Part shown: positions 1 to 12,699 of the stretch, piece after piece
Layout of the letters: each line of letters begins with the position of its first letter
Position numbering within the stretch: the stretch's first letter is position 1
From: Candidatus Moraniibacteriota bacterium
Lineage (GTDB): Bacteria; Patescibacteriota; Minisyncoccia; Moranbacterales; GCA-2747515
Length of the DNA stretch: 64,000 nucleotides
Assembly: GCA_038208115.1 (NCBI GenBank)
Contig: JBBQZC010000004.1
Span: 10,530 to 74,529 of the forward strand
Reading direction: 5' to 3'
The notes under the pieces: model-generated
Seen by the model: only the letters and a program-made list of their open reading frames with translations
What the model was told of the DNA's origin: nothing
Database searches by the model: none
Made by a program: the position numbers and the translations under genes

Positions 1-100
1 GCGATATCCCTGATATCATCATTTGTCAATTCCATAAATTCATTATTATACACATTATACTTATTCACTATACGAAAAATTCATGACAAGAGCAACCCTT

Positions 101-823
101 TCACGACACCTGGTCAACAGACGCCTCATCTCCTCGTATACTGTTTTGTGGAATGATAATATCATCACTCACATCATCGACATCTCGCTCTTCGACGTGC
201 TCCGCACCATTTTCTGTGTCCGTAGACACATCGCCATCACGTGTTACAGCCAATACGACAAAAAAGAGAACGAGCGCCGCTATACACATAATCACTGTGA
301 TCAAAAAAACATAGAATCCGTATATAATTCCGACAACGATCTTACGAGGACCCTCATTGGTGTACACCACAACTGATTGACTGATGAGATCATGGACGCC
401 TTGTTTTTTTGTAGTAAAACCGATCATAATATATCCGATACCCAGCATGATACCCGCCACAAATCTGCCAACTGTTTCTCTCAGAATAATCTTACCCAAA
501 GTCAGATTTTGTCCATCTTCCGCTTGCACGCGCGCACCGATAGCCATTTTGCCCAATGTCGCCTGATATTTGTGCGTCATAAAAATATAATATGACCATC
601 CCACAGCCATACTTATGACAGATACGACAACCTGCAAAATAAACTCCAAAAATTTGAACTCTGTCGCCGCTAAACCGACACTAAAAATGACATAAATAGG
701 AATGAGTACAATCATCGATATGATCGAGAGTATAAACCCATCGATGATATGTGCAGCACCGCGCACCCAAAACCCTCCATAACGCACAGATGTCTGTACG
801 TCTTTTTTTATTTCCACATCCAT
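101..823 (-). CDS. RDD family membrane protein
   Basis: YGGFWVRGAAHIID N-terminal motif, QATLGK, KKQGVHDLISQSVVV; several TM segments. Confidence 0.85.
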   Translation of the reverse strand: MDVEIKKDVQTSVRYGGFWVRGAAHIIDGFILSIISMIVLIPIYVIFSVGLAATEFKFLEFILQVVVSVISMAVGWSYYIFMTHKYQATLGKMAIGARVQAEDGQNLTLGKIILRETVGRFVAGIMLGIGYIMIGFTTKKQGVHDLISQSVVVYTNEGPRKIVVGIIYGFYVFLITVIMCIAALVLFFVVLAVTRDGDVSTDTENGAEHVEERDVDDVSDDIIIPQNSIRGDEASVDQVS

Positions 824-873
824 ATATTATGATACAACTTTATAAATATATATTTATCCACACGTCCATTCAT

Positions 874-3020
<2,147 letters not shown>

Positions 3021-3040
3021 ACAGAACACTCCTTTCCCGT

Positions 3041-3086
3041 GTCATTTCGAGCTTGTCGAGCCTGCCTGCCGGTAGACAGGAAATCT
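3041..3086. repeat. REP-like palindromic element with a nested 20-bp palindromic insert
   Basis: gtcatttcgagcttgtcgag[cctgcctgccggtagacagg]aaatct; GC-rich palindromes in an AT-rich spacer. Confidence 0.55.
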
Positions 3087-3177
3087 AACGCTTTCCAAAA
3101 AAACTGTAAATATCACCAAATCTCTTTATTTTATTATTTATCTATGTATCTCATTCTACACCACAAAATCAAAAATC

Positions 3178-3201
3178 AAAAAAACCTCTCGCAAGGAGAG
3201 G
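3178..3201 (-). terminator. rho-independent terminator of the minor pilin operon
   Basis: cctctc-gcaag-gagagg hairpin followed by a U-run on the minus strand, just after the 3219 stop. Confidence 0.75.
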
Positions 3202-3218
3202 CTTAACGTGCATATTCA

Positions 3219-4643
3219 TTATGGCAGCGGAAAACAATCACCGTCTTTACTAGAGTTATTCCATGCACTAACACATAATCGATTGATTTCCTCATCTGTG
3301 ATCGCGCGATCCCAGATACGCACATCATCAATCGCACCTTTGAAATAACTTGTAGGACCTTTTGCTGCACCGATGTAAAGCAATTCAGCACTCACATCAC
3401 TAATATTCGTACTCAATGGATTTCCTTTTTTAATATTTTTATCCACAATAATTTCCAAATTACCTGTATCAGACTTTGTCCATCTCCCTACTACATGATG
3501 CCAGTCTGTATCATTGATAGCGGTATCTGAACAGATTGTTTTATCTTGCACATGAAAACACACCTTTCCAGCATTAAGATATATTTCATATCCTTTATTA
3601 TTACTCACTCGAGAAATCAAGCTCCCACTAGATTTAACCACATTTTGTTTGATCCATAATGAGATTGCGATACCATCTGTCGGATTCAATTTATCTTCTT
3701 TTTTATTTTTATCAACACAATTAAATTCCTCATCCTCACAACTGCCATTCACCCACATCGCCAAATAATCATTTCCATCAAAGTAGAGAGCTTCTTTCGC
3801 ATCAGACCCGAGCGGAGCAGACGGATCCACTTCTGCAGAGACGATACCCTCCACCCATGCGCCATCTGGATTTTCTCCATCATCAGAGCCTTTTTTTTGT
3901 GGAATCATAAAAATAGCATTATCATCTGCACAACCTGTAAAAGATTTAATTTTGCCGATTGTTTCACCAGCCTCATCCTTAATATCGCTCGATGCAGATT
4001 TTAGCTGGCATAGAGTCAATACCTGATCATTCTTGGATGAGTCTTGTGCGATTAATGATATCTTATCATCAGGCTCAGATGCAAGTCGTGCCACTTGTGC
4101 TCGATCTTCAAAAGACCAATGTGCGAGGAGCCCTCGCGTCAAGCTGTCACGCAATTTCACAAAAACGGCACGCACAGCGTTATTATAATTTCCTGCAACC
4201 TTAAATCGGGACACATTTGCCAACTTTTCATTACACTGTGTAATAGGGATCGTTGTCGTCCACCCAGATCCTGTATCTCCTGGCGCACCCTCTTTATATG
4301 CAGAGATAATAAATCGTGTATCCGTATTACCGATCGTTGCCGCGACGTTGGGATTATTACTGTTTACACAAGGGTACTGCTCAGGATTATAAATACTAGT
4401 TAGCGCTGATGCCATCGCATCTAGATCATCACTTTGATCCAAATCCTTGTATAATTGTTGCAAAAATTCCTCCATGCCCTTATCTGCATTTTGAAAAGCC
4501 GTCGTGGAATTGACAGAGATATCAGCACTGCGCCTCTCGATCAAGGTCACGCCCGCGACAGAAAAAGCCGCAATGAGAATGAAAGAAAGCACAATGAGTG
4601 CAAAAACGAGTATGGAACCTTTTTGTTTTTTTATCCTATGCAT
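3219..4643 (-). CDS. PilX-like minor pilin with C-terminal LamG/concanavalin-like domain
   Basis: KKQKGSILVFAL...AFQNADKGME PilX-type N-terminus; GLLAHWSFE...WHHVVG...YFKGAIDDVRIWDRAITDEEI LamG signature. Confidence 0.8.
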   Translation of the reverse strand: MHRIKKQKGSILVFALIVLSFILIAAFSVAGVTLIERRSADISVNSTTAFQNADKGMEEFLQQLYKDLDQSDDLDAMASALTSIYNPEQYPCVNSNNPNVAATIGNTDTRFIISAYKEGAPGDTGSGWTTTIPITQCNEKLANVSRFKVAGNYNNAVRAVFVKLRDSLTRGLLAHWSFEDRAQVARLASEPDDKISLIAQDSSKNDQVLTLCQLKSASSDIKDEAGETIGKIKSFTGCADDNAIFMIPQKKGSDDGENPDGAWVEGIVSAEVDPSAPLGSDAKEALYFDGNDYLAMWVNGSCEDEEFNCVDKNKKEDKLNPTDGIAISLWIKQNVVKSSGSLISRVSNNKGYEIYLNAGKVCFHVQDKTICSDTAINDTDWHHVVGRWTKSDTGNLEIIVDKNIKKGNPLSTNISDVSAELLYIGAAKGPTSYFKGAIDDVRIWDRAITDEEINRLCVSAWNNSSKDGDCFPLP

Positions 4644-4654
4644 ATTTAAAATAT

Positions 4655-5371
4655 CTAAAAACTAAGATCAGGTGGATAATCTCTGAGCGATGTCGATGTT
4701 TGAATATAGATTGGATGATCTTTTTTGTCTTCATACAATGCATCGGTTTTCGCTGGTCGTACCGTCATACTCATTGTTACGCGACCAATCGTTTTTGTTT
4801 TCCTCTCTCCTGTGGAGTCATCATAGCGTGTCGGCGCAACCCAAAAAGTACCCATCACATCACCGCTCGTCAACCGTTGATATTTGGTAATGGCATTACT
4901 ACTGTATGTAGTATCTAATAGACATTTTTCGATCTCATCGAACTGTATACCCTCTGTAGATTCTACCCATAAAGCAGAGTCTCCTGGATAAGGGTGAGAT
5001 TGCTCGCCAAGATGAAATGAAAATCGCATACACAATTCTTGTGAAAAATCATATAAAACCAACTTATGTGTAGTTTCGATTTCTTGTAAAATAAAATCAT
5101 CTTCATTAAACTGCGTCGGATCTCGCAAATCTGATCCATCTTCACCCAAAACGGTTGCCGTACGCAATGTTTTGGAGATATAATTCATAGCAAATTGTGC
5201 ATTTTCTAGATCACTTTGTGACACACGCGCATACCGGTATGCACTGATCTGTTGTGCAAAAATCTGTACAATCGCTACCATGATGATGAGGAAAATGAAA
5301 ACCGACACCATGAGTTCTACAAGTGTGAATCCTTTTTTGATAGTGTCACCTCCATTAGATTTGCCTTTCAT
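4655..5371 (-). CDS. PilW-like minor pilin (prepilin N-terminal methylation domain)
   Basis: KKGFTLVELMVSVFIF class III signal; position in the minor pilin operon. Confidence 0.85.
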   Translation of the reverse strand: MKGKSNGGDTIKKGFTLVELMVSVFIFLIIMVAIVQIFAQQISAYRYARVSQSDLENAQFAMNYISKTLRTATVLGEDGSDLRDPTQFNEDDFILQEIETTHKLVLYDFSQELCMRFSFHLGEQSHPYPGDSALWVESTEGIQFDEIEKCLLDTTYSSNAITKYQRLTSGDVMGTFWVAPTRYDDSTGERKTKTIGRVTMSMTVRPAKTDALYEDKKDHPIYIQTSTSLRDYPPDLSF

Positions 5372-5399
5372 TCTTCATTTTTAATGCTTAATTAATATA

Positions 5400-6038
5400 T
5401 CAGTCACCATAATTGATCCACGACGTCAAACGGGTTTGTGCAAAAACACAATTTTGTGAAATTTTACAATCACGTTCCACATTGTCCGCACTCGGAAAAT
5501 TATTTTGTCCACCAAAGATCACCACGCTAGTCACTTTTGCTAAGACATCGTTTGGCGGGTCAACATTTGTTTTAGAATATTGTATGTAAATACGTCGTCG
5601 CAAATGTGAATCTTCATAGAGAGTCCCTCCTCCTGAATGTGAATACATACCAGTCTCTGTATTGAGATACAACTTATCATCAGGGCTTACGCCGCTACAA
5701 ACTAATCGTGAGGATGCACCTGATGTTGCATAATCTATCGTGCACGATGTGAAAGTGGAAACATTGTATGATGGCCAATTATAATCAGATTCTGGATCAA
5801 AAGCTGTACACCTTTCTGTTCCAGTACCACATGTTTCTTGTGTCACATTATTATCTCGCACATTTCGCACGAGTTCCACGCCTTCTTGTGCCAGAAGTGT
5901 CGCTATCACTGCATCGCGACTCCCTTTCATATTATCTATGCTACGCACAGTCAAAAAAACCGCATCTACAATGCCCACAAGCAATATGAACATCGCGACC
6001 ATCACTTCTCCGATTGAAAAACCCTTTTTATTCCTCAT
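5400..6038 (-). CDS. PilV-like minor pilin
   Basis: KKGFSIGEVMVA; ATLLAQEGVELVRNVRD PilV-type helix. Confidence 0.8.
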   Translation of the reverse strand: MRNKKGFSIGEVMVAMFILLVGIVDAVFLTVRSIDNMKGSRDAVIATLLAQEGVELVRNVRDNNVTQETCGTGTERCTAFDPESDYNWPSYNVSTFTSCTIDYATSGASSRLVCSGVSPDDKLYLNTETGMYSHSGGGTLYEDSHLRRRIYIQYSKTNVDPPNDVLAKVTSVVIFGGQNNFPSADNVERDCKISQNCVFAQTRLTSWINYGD

Positions 6039-6046
6039 ATATTATC

Positions 6047-6658
6047 TTAAAATACACACGCTACATCCGCATCATTGAAGCCAAGCTCTTCAATCAATCC
6101 CGTCGCATGCACACAAATATGAAATTTCCTCCCATCATTTAATATCAAGACTAGATCAGTCCCAATCGATGTTTCTTGACCATCAAAATATTTCCCATAC
6201 GGCACACCAAACGCCACAAAATTTGTGGAGACACGAGTACTTCCATTTGTTGCACTTGTAAACATTTCAATTGCAATCTTTTTTTGTGATAAATTTTCAT
6301 CGAGCAGTTTCTCCGTATATGACTGTGGATCATTATCATCAGCACACACCTCCTGTAACGCCCGATATGAACCTTTAATCTGATATGTGTCTCCATCACT
6401 TGTAAAAATAAAACCGCATGGCAACATATCACTTGCACGCTGCTTCCCTGTCAATGCATTATTTTGTGTCTCACGAATTGCCGCAGCAACTTCACGCCCA
6501 ACTGCTTCGAGTTTTTTCTTGTCACGATCTTTGAATGAGACGACAAACATCGTCAATGTCATAATCGTGATAATCGCGACGATGATAATCATCTCAAGAA
6601 ATGAAAAACCTTTTTTAGTCTGATATATTTTTTTTGTTTTTTGTACAATATTTTTCAT
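6047..6658 (-). CDS. FimU/GspH-like minor pilin
   Basis: KKGFSFLEMIIIVAI; AAAIRETQNNALTG. Confidence 0.75.
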   Translation of the reverse strand: MKNIVQKTKKIYQTKKGFSFLEMIIIVAIITIMTLTMFVVSFKDRDKKKLEAVGREVAAAIRETQNNALTGKQRASDMLPCGFIFTSDGDTYQIKGSYRALQEVCADDNDPQSYTEKLLDENLSQKKIAIEMFTSATNGSTRVSTNFVAFGVPYGKYFDGQETSIGTDLVLILNDGRKFHICVHATGLIEELGFNDADVACVF

Positions 6659-6690
6659 AGATATATTATATCACAAGTTTTTCACATCAT

Positions 6691-7506
6691 CTATAGTAAA
6701 GCCGAGACATACTCTGGATACATATATGTGATCAAAAAAGCGAGGAATAATCCCGTTATGAGAAATGGTCCGAATGGCACTTCTGATTTCATCGTTTTTT
6801 GCCTGAGGAGCATCAGTACGATGCCATATACCGCACCGATACAAAAAGCCAATAATAATGCGACAAACGTCCCGATCGGACCCAGAAGCAATCCAACTGC
6901 AATCGCGACAAATGCATCGCCATACCCCATCCATGTCTCATCAGAATAATAACTCAACCCAAAGAAAAAACAAAAAGCTGTCAATGCGCTCATGCCATGC
7001 AAAAAAGAGGTGCTACTCCATATATCAGTCAGAGGCGGTACATGGTATATGTCTGTAACAATATTTGCAATAACGAGGATGCCAATCGCAAACCACATGA
7101 CATTCATGGGTATCTCCATATATTTTGCGTCATAGACCAATATCACGACCAGACTCGCAAAGACAAATACATATAAAACCGCGACAAGCAGAGAGCTAAT
7201 CGTATGTGTCACAAAAAGATACCCGACACATCCGAAGACACCACTGACTAAAATCTCCACCAATGGATATTGCCATGAGATCTTCTTCGTGCAGTTACGA
7301 CATTTACCACGTAAAATCGCAAAACTTATGACAGGGATATTATCATACCAGAGAATTGGTTTACTACACTTGGGACAATGCGACCTCTCCAATATCATCC
7401 CCTCACCTGTCCGTAAACGACTAATCACCACATTACAAAAACTGCCGATTAAAAGTCCGTATACTACAAAAAAAATTATATAAAGCATATATCTATTACA
7501 ACTCAA
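6691..7506 (-). CDS. pilD: prepilin peptidase (A24)
   Basis: GSFCNVVI, RSHCPKC...WYDNIPVISF..LRGKCRNC, YD and MGYGD aspartates, VPFGPFL. Confidence 0.95.
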   Translation of the reverse strand: MSCNRYMLYIIFFVVYGLLIGSFCNVVISRLRTGEGMILERSHCPKCSKPILWYDNIPVISFAILRGKCRNCTKKISWQYPLVEILVSGVFGCVGYLFVTHTISSLLVAVLYVFVFASLVVILVYDAKYMEIPMNVMWFAIGILVIANIVTDIYHVPPLTDIWSSTSFLHGMSALTAFCFFFGLSYYSDETWMGYGDAFVAIAVGLLLGPIGTFVALLLAFCIGAVYGIVLMLLRQKTMKSEVPFGPFLITGLFLAFLITYMYPEYVSALL

Positions 7507-7566
7507 TCCTATTTTTCACTACATAACCGAAAATCTCAGGAAGTTTTTTTAATTCTTAACTATCAT

Positions 7567-7983
7567 TTAGCATCCATCACTACTCACAAAACCAGTTTCA
7601 CTATACGTTGCACTTATACAGCTCCCTGCATTGAGCAATCCCGGCGTTGCCACGATCACAAAATGTCCATTATAATTACACTGATCTGTCACTGATATTG
7701 TGCCGATATTATCATCCCCAGGATACACCGCTTCGACTGAGTCCGCATCACTACAGATATTTATAGCAGATCCAGCTCCACTCAATTTATCTTGGATCTC
7801 TTCATTATCATCACAGCACACGATTCCTGCCTTATAGACACTTGACGCACTCGCCTTGAAAGACGCGTCTTTTGCCTTATTGCGGGCAAAATTCAGAGCA
7901 GTCAAAACGATTGTTGCCAAAATACCGATAATCGCTATCGTAACGAGTAATTCGATAAGCGTAAACGCTTTTTTCGTTTGCAT
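7567..7983 (-). CDS. type IV pilin, paralog of 18336-18737
   Basis: [34 protein letters not shown]; Cys-containing head. Confidence 0.9.
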   Translation of the reverse strand: MQTKKAFTLIELLVTIAIIGILATIVLTALNFARNKAKDASFKASASSVYKAGIVCCDDNEEIQDKLSGAGSAINICSDADSVEAVYPGDDNIGTISVTDQCNYNGHFVIVATPGLLNAGSCISATYSETGFVSSDGC

Positions 7984-8196
7984 AATGGAAAGACCAAATA
8001 GTTACCTCTCCCCTTTGTAATCATCATACCATATTCATGAAAAATTTACAGTATTTTGAAAAAAATTTATCATTTTTTATACAAATGCAAGTACGTAATT
8101 TGACTGATTTATATTTACTGAAGACTTGTTAAAGTCACGGCTAATAATCGTTGAAAAATTGAAATAAAGAGTAATATTGGAATTGAAGAGATTGAA

Positions 8197-8844
8197 TCAA
8201 ATTATTTTTTTGAGAATAAAAAATCTATGATATGCATTAAGCGGATGAGTGAATTCTCTCTCTAAATAAAAAAACTTACTAAGCAATATTCTAAAATCTT
8301 TTAAAGAATAACCTTCTTTACCTAATTCCCAGTAATGTGCACCATCGAATTTATGTTTTTTTTTCAAAAATGGAATATCAAAATACAATACATATTTTGG
8401 TAAAAAACTCACTTCAGCCCATAAGGTAAAGGAAAAGCGATATTGTGGCAAAGATACTAATAGATAATTCTCTGTAATTTCCGAAAATTGTTTCAAAACA
8501 TTTTCTACATCCCTATATCGTATATGTTCCAAAACCTCAAAACATGAAATAATATCAAACTTGTCTTCAACAACATCCTGTATATGAGTAATATCACCTA
8601 TATAATCAGGATTTAATTCATCTGTATTATCAAAAGTTTTGATATCATAACCGCGTTGCTTTAAATATTCACTTATCAAGCCATTCCCTTTTCCAACTTC
8701 AAGTATTTTTGTGTGCTCTTTATCTTTTTTTGCAATATCAATAATAATTTTTTTTTGATTATAATAACTCACAAAACGTGACAACGAATCATAAAATTCA
8801 TCTTCATAAATCTCCTTTGGAAATTGTTCAACATATTTTGACAT
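8197..8844 (-). CDS. class I SAM-dependent methyltransferase
   Basis: ILEVGKGNG motif I, FDIISCFEVLEHI, HYWELG; inside glycan cluster. Confidence 0.85.
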   Translation of the reverse strand: MSKYVEQFPKEIYEDEFYDSLSRFVSYYNQKKIIIDIAKKDKEHTKILEVGKGNGLISEYLKQRGYDIKTFDNTDELNPDYIGDITHIQDVVEDKFDIISCFEVLEHIRYRDVENVLKQFSEITENYLLVSLPQYRFSFTLWAEVSFLPKYVLYFDIPFLKKKHKFDGAHYWELGKEGYSLKDFRILLSKFFYLEREFTHPLNAYHRFFILKKII

Positions 8845-8869
8845 AATAATTTACTAAAAAATAACATTT

Positions 8870-10159
8870 CTATTTAACAAATCTCTTAACCACACCTTTT
8901 GCAATCATCAAAGTACCGAGACAATCCAAAACTAATCCCACAAGTATCAAATCAATAGAAACAATATCATAATATACCAAAGCCATATAATAACAAATCA
9001 AAACAAAAACCCGTGGAACAAATAAGAGTAATGTATACCCATAAACGCGATTAGAGTATGTGTTGATTACAGGACTATATAATGAACAAAAGATTGTCAA
9101 AATACCATAAAATGAAAATGAAACATTATACCAAAAATTATATTCATATTGCTTTCCAAAAAACAAAATTGCTATAGAGCTCAGTATAAATAAAAGAAAA
9201 AATGATGGAATAAAGCCTTTTTTAAAAAGTTTATCTATTTTATACACTAAAAGTAATTTATTGTCATGTTGTGCTGCATGCACAAAAAGTACATTCCCTA
9301 TAATAGCTACAGCTAGACCTGCAATTGTCACAGATACCATTGCATACACTGAATAGATACCAAGTGCATCTTGTCCTAAATATCTACCTATTATAAAACG
9401 ATCAGATAAAAGTGCAAAAGAAGAAATTAGAGAACTGCTAGCAAATAAAATGCCTGACTTCATAATCTTGTATGAAATTTTACCACTAACATATTTTAAG
9501 CTGAAATAAGACATAAAACTTTTGCCATATAAAATTATGACAAAAAAACTACTCCCTGCAATTGAAAGAATAAAATATTCAAAACTTGTCTTCAAAAAAA
9601 TTAAAAGAAAAACAGTGCAAAAAATAAATGCCACAATAGATTCTAACGCTCTATAAAATGCTTGTTTTTTAAAAAGCGAAACACCGCGTGCAAGACCTTC
9701 AAGAAAAAATTTAAAACTATAAATAATAATGAGACCAAAAGTAATCCACACAAGAGTTTTATGAAATTCATTAAAATATCCAACAAATTTTAAAACTATA
9801 AACAAACTCAATCCACAAAAAAATAAACTTAATAACATCACGGCAAGTGCTGAAGATACATAGCTTTTCCGTTTATTTGGATTTGCACGAGCGAGCTCTT
9901 TGGTTAGTGACATATCAATGCCACTAGCACAAAATGTGCGTAGTGTATTTGCAGCAAGAAAAACAAAACTAGCAATACCATACTGTTCAGGACCCATCAT
10001 TCTGCCAGAAACTACATGTACAAAAAACATCACAACACTTGCAAATAAAACACCCACGGAAGACCATTTTAGATTTTTTTTTAATTGAGGATTCACCAAA
10101 TTTCCTCCTCTATTTTTTAATAGTAAATAGTACTTTGAAAATATCATACGATTATGCAT
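8870..10159 (-). CDS. Wzx-like oligosaccharide flippase
   Basis: many TM segments; GRMMGPEQYG and DRFIIGRYLGQDALGIYS motifs. Confidence 0.85.
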   Translation of the reverse strand: MHNRMIFSKYYLLLKNRGGNLVNPQLKKNLKWSSVGVLFASVVMFFVHVVSGRMMGPEQYGIASFVFLAANTLRTFCASGIDMSLTKELARANPNKRKSYVSSALAVMLLSLFFCGLSLFIVLKFVGYFNEFHKTLVWITFGLIIIYSFKFFLEGLARGVSLFKKQAFYRALESIVAFIFCTVFLLIFLKTSFEYFILSIAGSSFFVIILYGKSFMSYFSLKYVSGKISYKIMKSGILFASSSLISSFALLSDRFIIGRYLGQDALGIYSVYAMVSVTIAGLAVAIIGNVLFVHAAQHDNKLLLVYKIDKLFKKGFIPSFFLLFILSSIAILFFGKQYEYNFWYNVSFSFYGILTIFCSLYSPVINTYSNRVYGYTLLLFVPRVFVLICYYMALVYYDIVSIDLILVGLVLDCLGTLMIAKGVVKRFVK

Positions 10160-10811
10160 TTTTTTTCATAATAAGCATATATCCAGTTTTTTTAGGATTA
10201 TTTATACCAAAACGATGCAATACGTTAAAAATAACATAGAACGCCCATAATACTGTCTCAGCTGAATATGCAAATAATTGCTGCCGTCGATATACTAACG
10301 CAATTTTTTTATATGAAATCCTCATATCATCATACGTTCTTTGTGCTCCATCAGATTCTAAATAATGCAAAATGGCCTCCGGGTGATACGGTTTGACATG
10401 TGTAAAATCATTATAAAACCCATTGTGCAGCATAGGAGTTCTCAAACAAAATATGCCCCCAGGTTTCAAAACTCTATCAATTTCCTTTATTATGGCATAT
10501 GCTTCTTTTGGAAGTAAATGTTCAATAACATGTGCACAATGCACTGCGTCAAACTGCTGATCTTTAAAAGGTAATTGCGTAACATCACCTGAGATAACAT
10601 GGTATCCTTTCTGTTGACAAATCTTCAAACTTTTTTCATTTTGATCAATGCCCTCAATTCTTTTAGGATCATTACTAATAAATCTCCCTTCTCCACACCC
10701 AACATCTAAGATTTTTTTACAATTTATCATATATTTCAAAGCAATTTTATCCCGATCTGCTTTTTGATTATAAATCATTTTTTTTCTATATTTTTCTAAA
10801 AAAATATTCAT
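10152..10811 (-). CDS. class I SAM-dependent methyltransferase
   Basis: ILDVGCGEG, LPFKDQQFDAV.CAHVIEHL, RVLKPGG. Confidence 0.9.
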   Translation of the reverse strand: MNIFLEKYRKKMIYNQKADRDKIALKYMINCKKILDVGCGEGRFISNDPKRIEGIDQNEKSLKICQQKGYHVISGDVTQLPFKDQQFDAVHCAHVIEHLLPKEAYAIIKEIDRVLKPGGIFCLRTPMLHNGFYNDFTHVKPYHPEAILHYLESDGAQRTYDDMRISYKKIALVYRRQQLFAYSAETVLWAFYVIFNVLHRFGINNPKKTGYMLIMKKNA

Positions 10812-10927
10812 ATTGATCTGATACTTAGATTACAACTTTCTTATAAAACTATAGCATAAATAAAAATACTTCGCACCAAAAAATTGTGCTATAATATTCA
10901 AACCATAAGAAGATATAAAAAATGTAA

Positions 10928-11677
10928 ATGTCTGCTAGAAAAATCCAAAAAAAATCCAATATTGTCGTCTATACAGCCATATTTGGAAATTATGATGTGC
11001 TAAACAAAGTGCCTCACAATATTAATTGTGATTTTGTCTGTTTTACTGATAATTCTCAATTAAAATCAAAAAAATTTGATATTAGACTTGTAGAGTCAAC
11101 ACATTCCGATTCCACACGAAATGCTCGCATGTATAAAGTTTTGCCACACAAATTTTTATCAGAATATAAATATTCAATATGGATTGACGCTTCTATGAAA
11201 TTGAAAAAAAACTTTGATCCAGAAAAAATGATTGAGAAATATTTAAAAAATGAAAAGTTTGCAATTTTTAAACATGATGAGAGAGATTGCGTTTATGATG
11301 AATTTGAAATATGCATTAAACATAAAAGAGATAACGTCGTCGTCATGCAAAAACAGAGAGATTTTTATAAAGAGTCAAACTATCCGAAGCACACTGGGTT
11401 AGTTTCTTCAGGATTTATAATTCGTGAGCACAATGATCCACATATCTCAAACTTTGATGACATGTGGTGGAAAGAAATTTGTAAATTTAGCAAAAGAGAT
11501 CAATTAAGTTTTAATTATGTTGCACACAAAATTAATTTACACTACACAAAAATAGAAGGTAATATTTTTAATAACAAAAATTTCTTTTATGTTGGTCATA
11601 ATGGATTTACACCAAGATACCGTGCTTTTATGAAACACGCACTGACATTTCTCAATAAAATCAATCCTCTAAAATAA
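10928..11677 (+). CDS. DUF616 (TOD1/MUCI70-like) glycosyltransferase
   Basis: VVYTAIFGNYD, FVCFTD, KVLPH, SIWIDAS, RDQLSFNY. Confidence 0.85.
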   Translation: MSARKIQKKSNIVVYTAIFGNYDVLNKVPHNINCDFVCFTDNSQLKSKKFDIRLVESTHSDSTRNARMYKVLPHKFLSEYKYSIWIDASMKLKKNFDPEKMIEKYLKNEKFAIFKHDERDCVYDEFEICIKHKRDNVVVMQKQRDFYKESNYPKHTGLVSSGFIIREHNDPHISNFDDMWWKEICKFSKRDQLSFNYVAHKINLHYTKIEGNIFNNKNFFYVGHNGFTPRYRAFMKHALTFLNKINPLK

Positions 11678-11679
11678 AG

Positions 11680-12699
11680 TTATTTCTTTGATGCAATAAA
11701 ACCAATGCCGAATTTTTCGAACCACATGGCAAAATCCGAATTTACCCTTCGTTTTTGAATATATCTTCTTTTTTTGAGTATTATAAACATATTATACACC
11801 ACATCTGTAAATCCTTTCACTGTCACGATAAGCAAATCCCAAGTGCCGACATTGTTTTGAAAACGATTTACTATGCCCTTTCCTCTGAGTGCCAGCACGA
11901 GCAAATACGGATACCGTAGTACAGAATAAAACAACGCTTTGAGGCAATATATATGAGGATAATTTTTGATGATATTGTAATAAAGATTTCTATTGGTATG
12001 AAATGCGATAAATTTGGAGTATCCACCTGATGTCGCATTTTTGTGATGATATACTACCGATAGTGGGTTGTAAACGCACTGCCATCCACGCAACCGTGCA
12101 CGCCACCCCATATCCAGATCCTCGAGATAATATGCGTAGCTCTCATCAAAATACATCCCATCTTGTTTAATATCGTTTAATAATTCCACACTAAAAGCAG
12201 CCGCAGCTCCAGCAGGACAAAAAACTTCACATCGCTCATTACCCTTGTCAGATGACTCATGTAACAATCGATTGACAGCCAAACCGTCTTTTGTGATGAT
12301 GAGTCCTGCCGAATCAAACTGATCCCTATGCGTGTGAAAAAGGATCTTTGGTGCGACCATGCCAATTTTTTTTTCTACATTAATTTCAGCAACTATCTCT
12401 CGGATAAAATGTTCATCCACTTCCGTATCATTGTTGAGCAAGATGACATTTTCACATCCATCATCGATTGCACGCTGTATCCCGACGTTATTTGCCTTAC
12501 AAAAACCAGAATTATACCCCATCTCGATCAATATCACATTATCATATGCATCACGGACAAGTTCGATCGATCCATCTGTAGATCCATTATCCACCACAAA
12601 GATTACATGCTCACACGGCTCTGCATCACGCAATGACCGTAGACATTTATTCAAAAGGTCTTTTCTATTATAGTTGACGATTATTATTGCGTTTTTCAT
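11680..12699 (-). CDS. GT2 glycosyltransferase (WbbL/RfbF-like)
   Basis: IIVNYN, VVDNGSTDGS, NSGFCKANNVG, LLNND, EDLDMGWRA. Confidence 0.9.
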   Translation of the reverse strand: MKNAIIIVNYNRKDLLNKCLRSLRDAEPCEHVIFVVDNGSTDGSIELVRDAYDNVILIEMGYNSGFCKANNVGIQRAIDDGCENVILLNNDTEVDEHFIREIVAEINVEKKIGMVAPKILFHTHRDQFDSAGLIITKDGLAVNRLLHESSDKGNERCEVFCPAGAAAAFSVELLNDIKQDGMYFDESYAYYLEDLDMGWRARLRGWQCVYNPLSVVYHHKNATSGGYSKFIAFHTNRNLYYNIIKNYPHIYCLKALFYSVLRYPYLLVLALRGKGIVNRFQNNVGTWDLLIVTVKGFTDVVYNMFIILKKRRYIQKRRVNSDFAMWFEKFGIGFIASKK

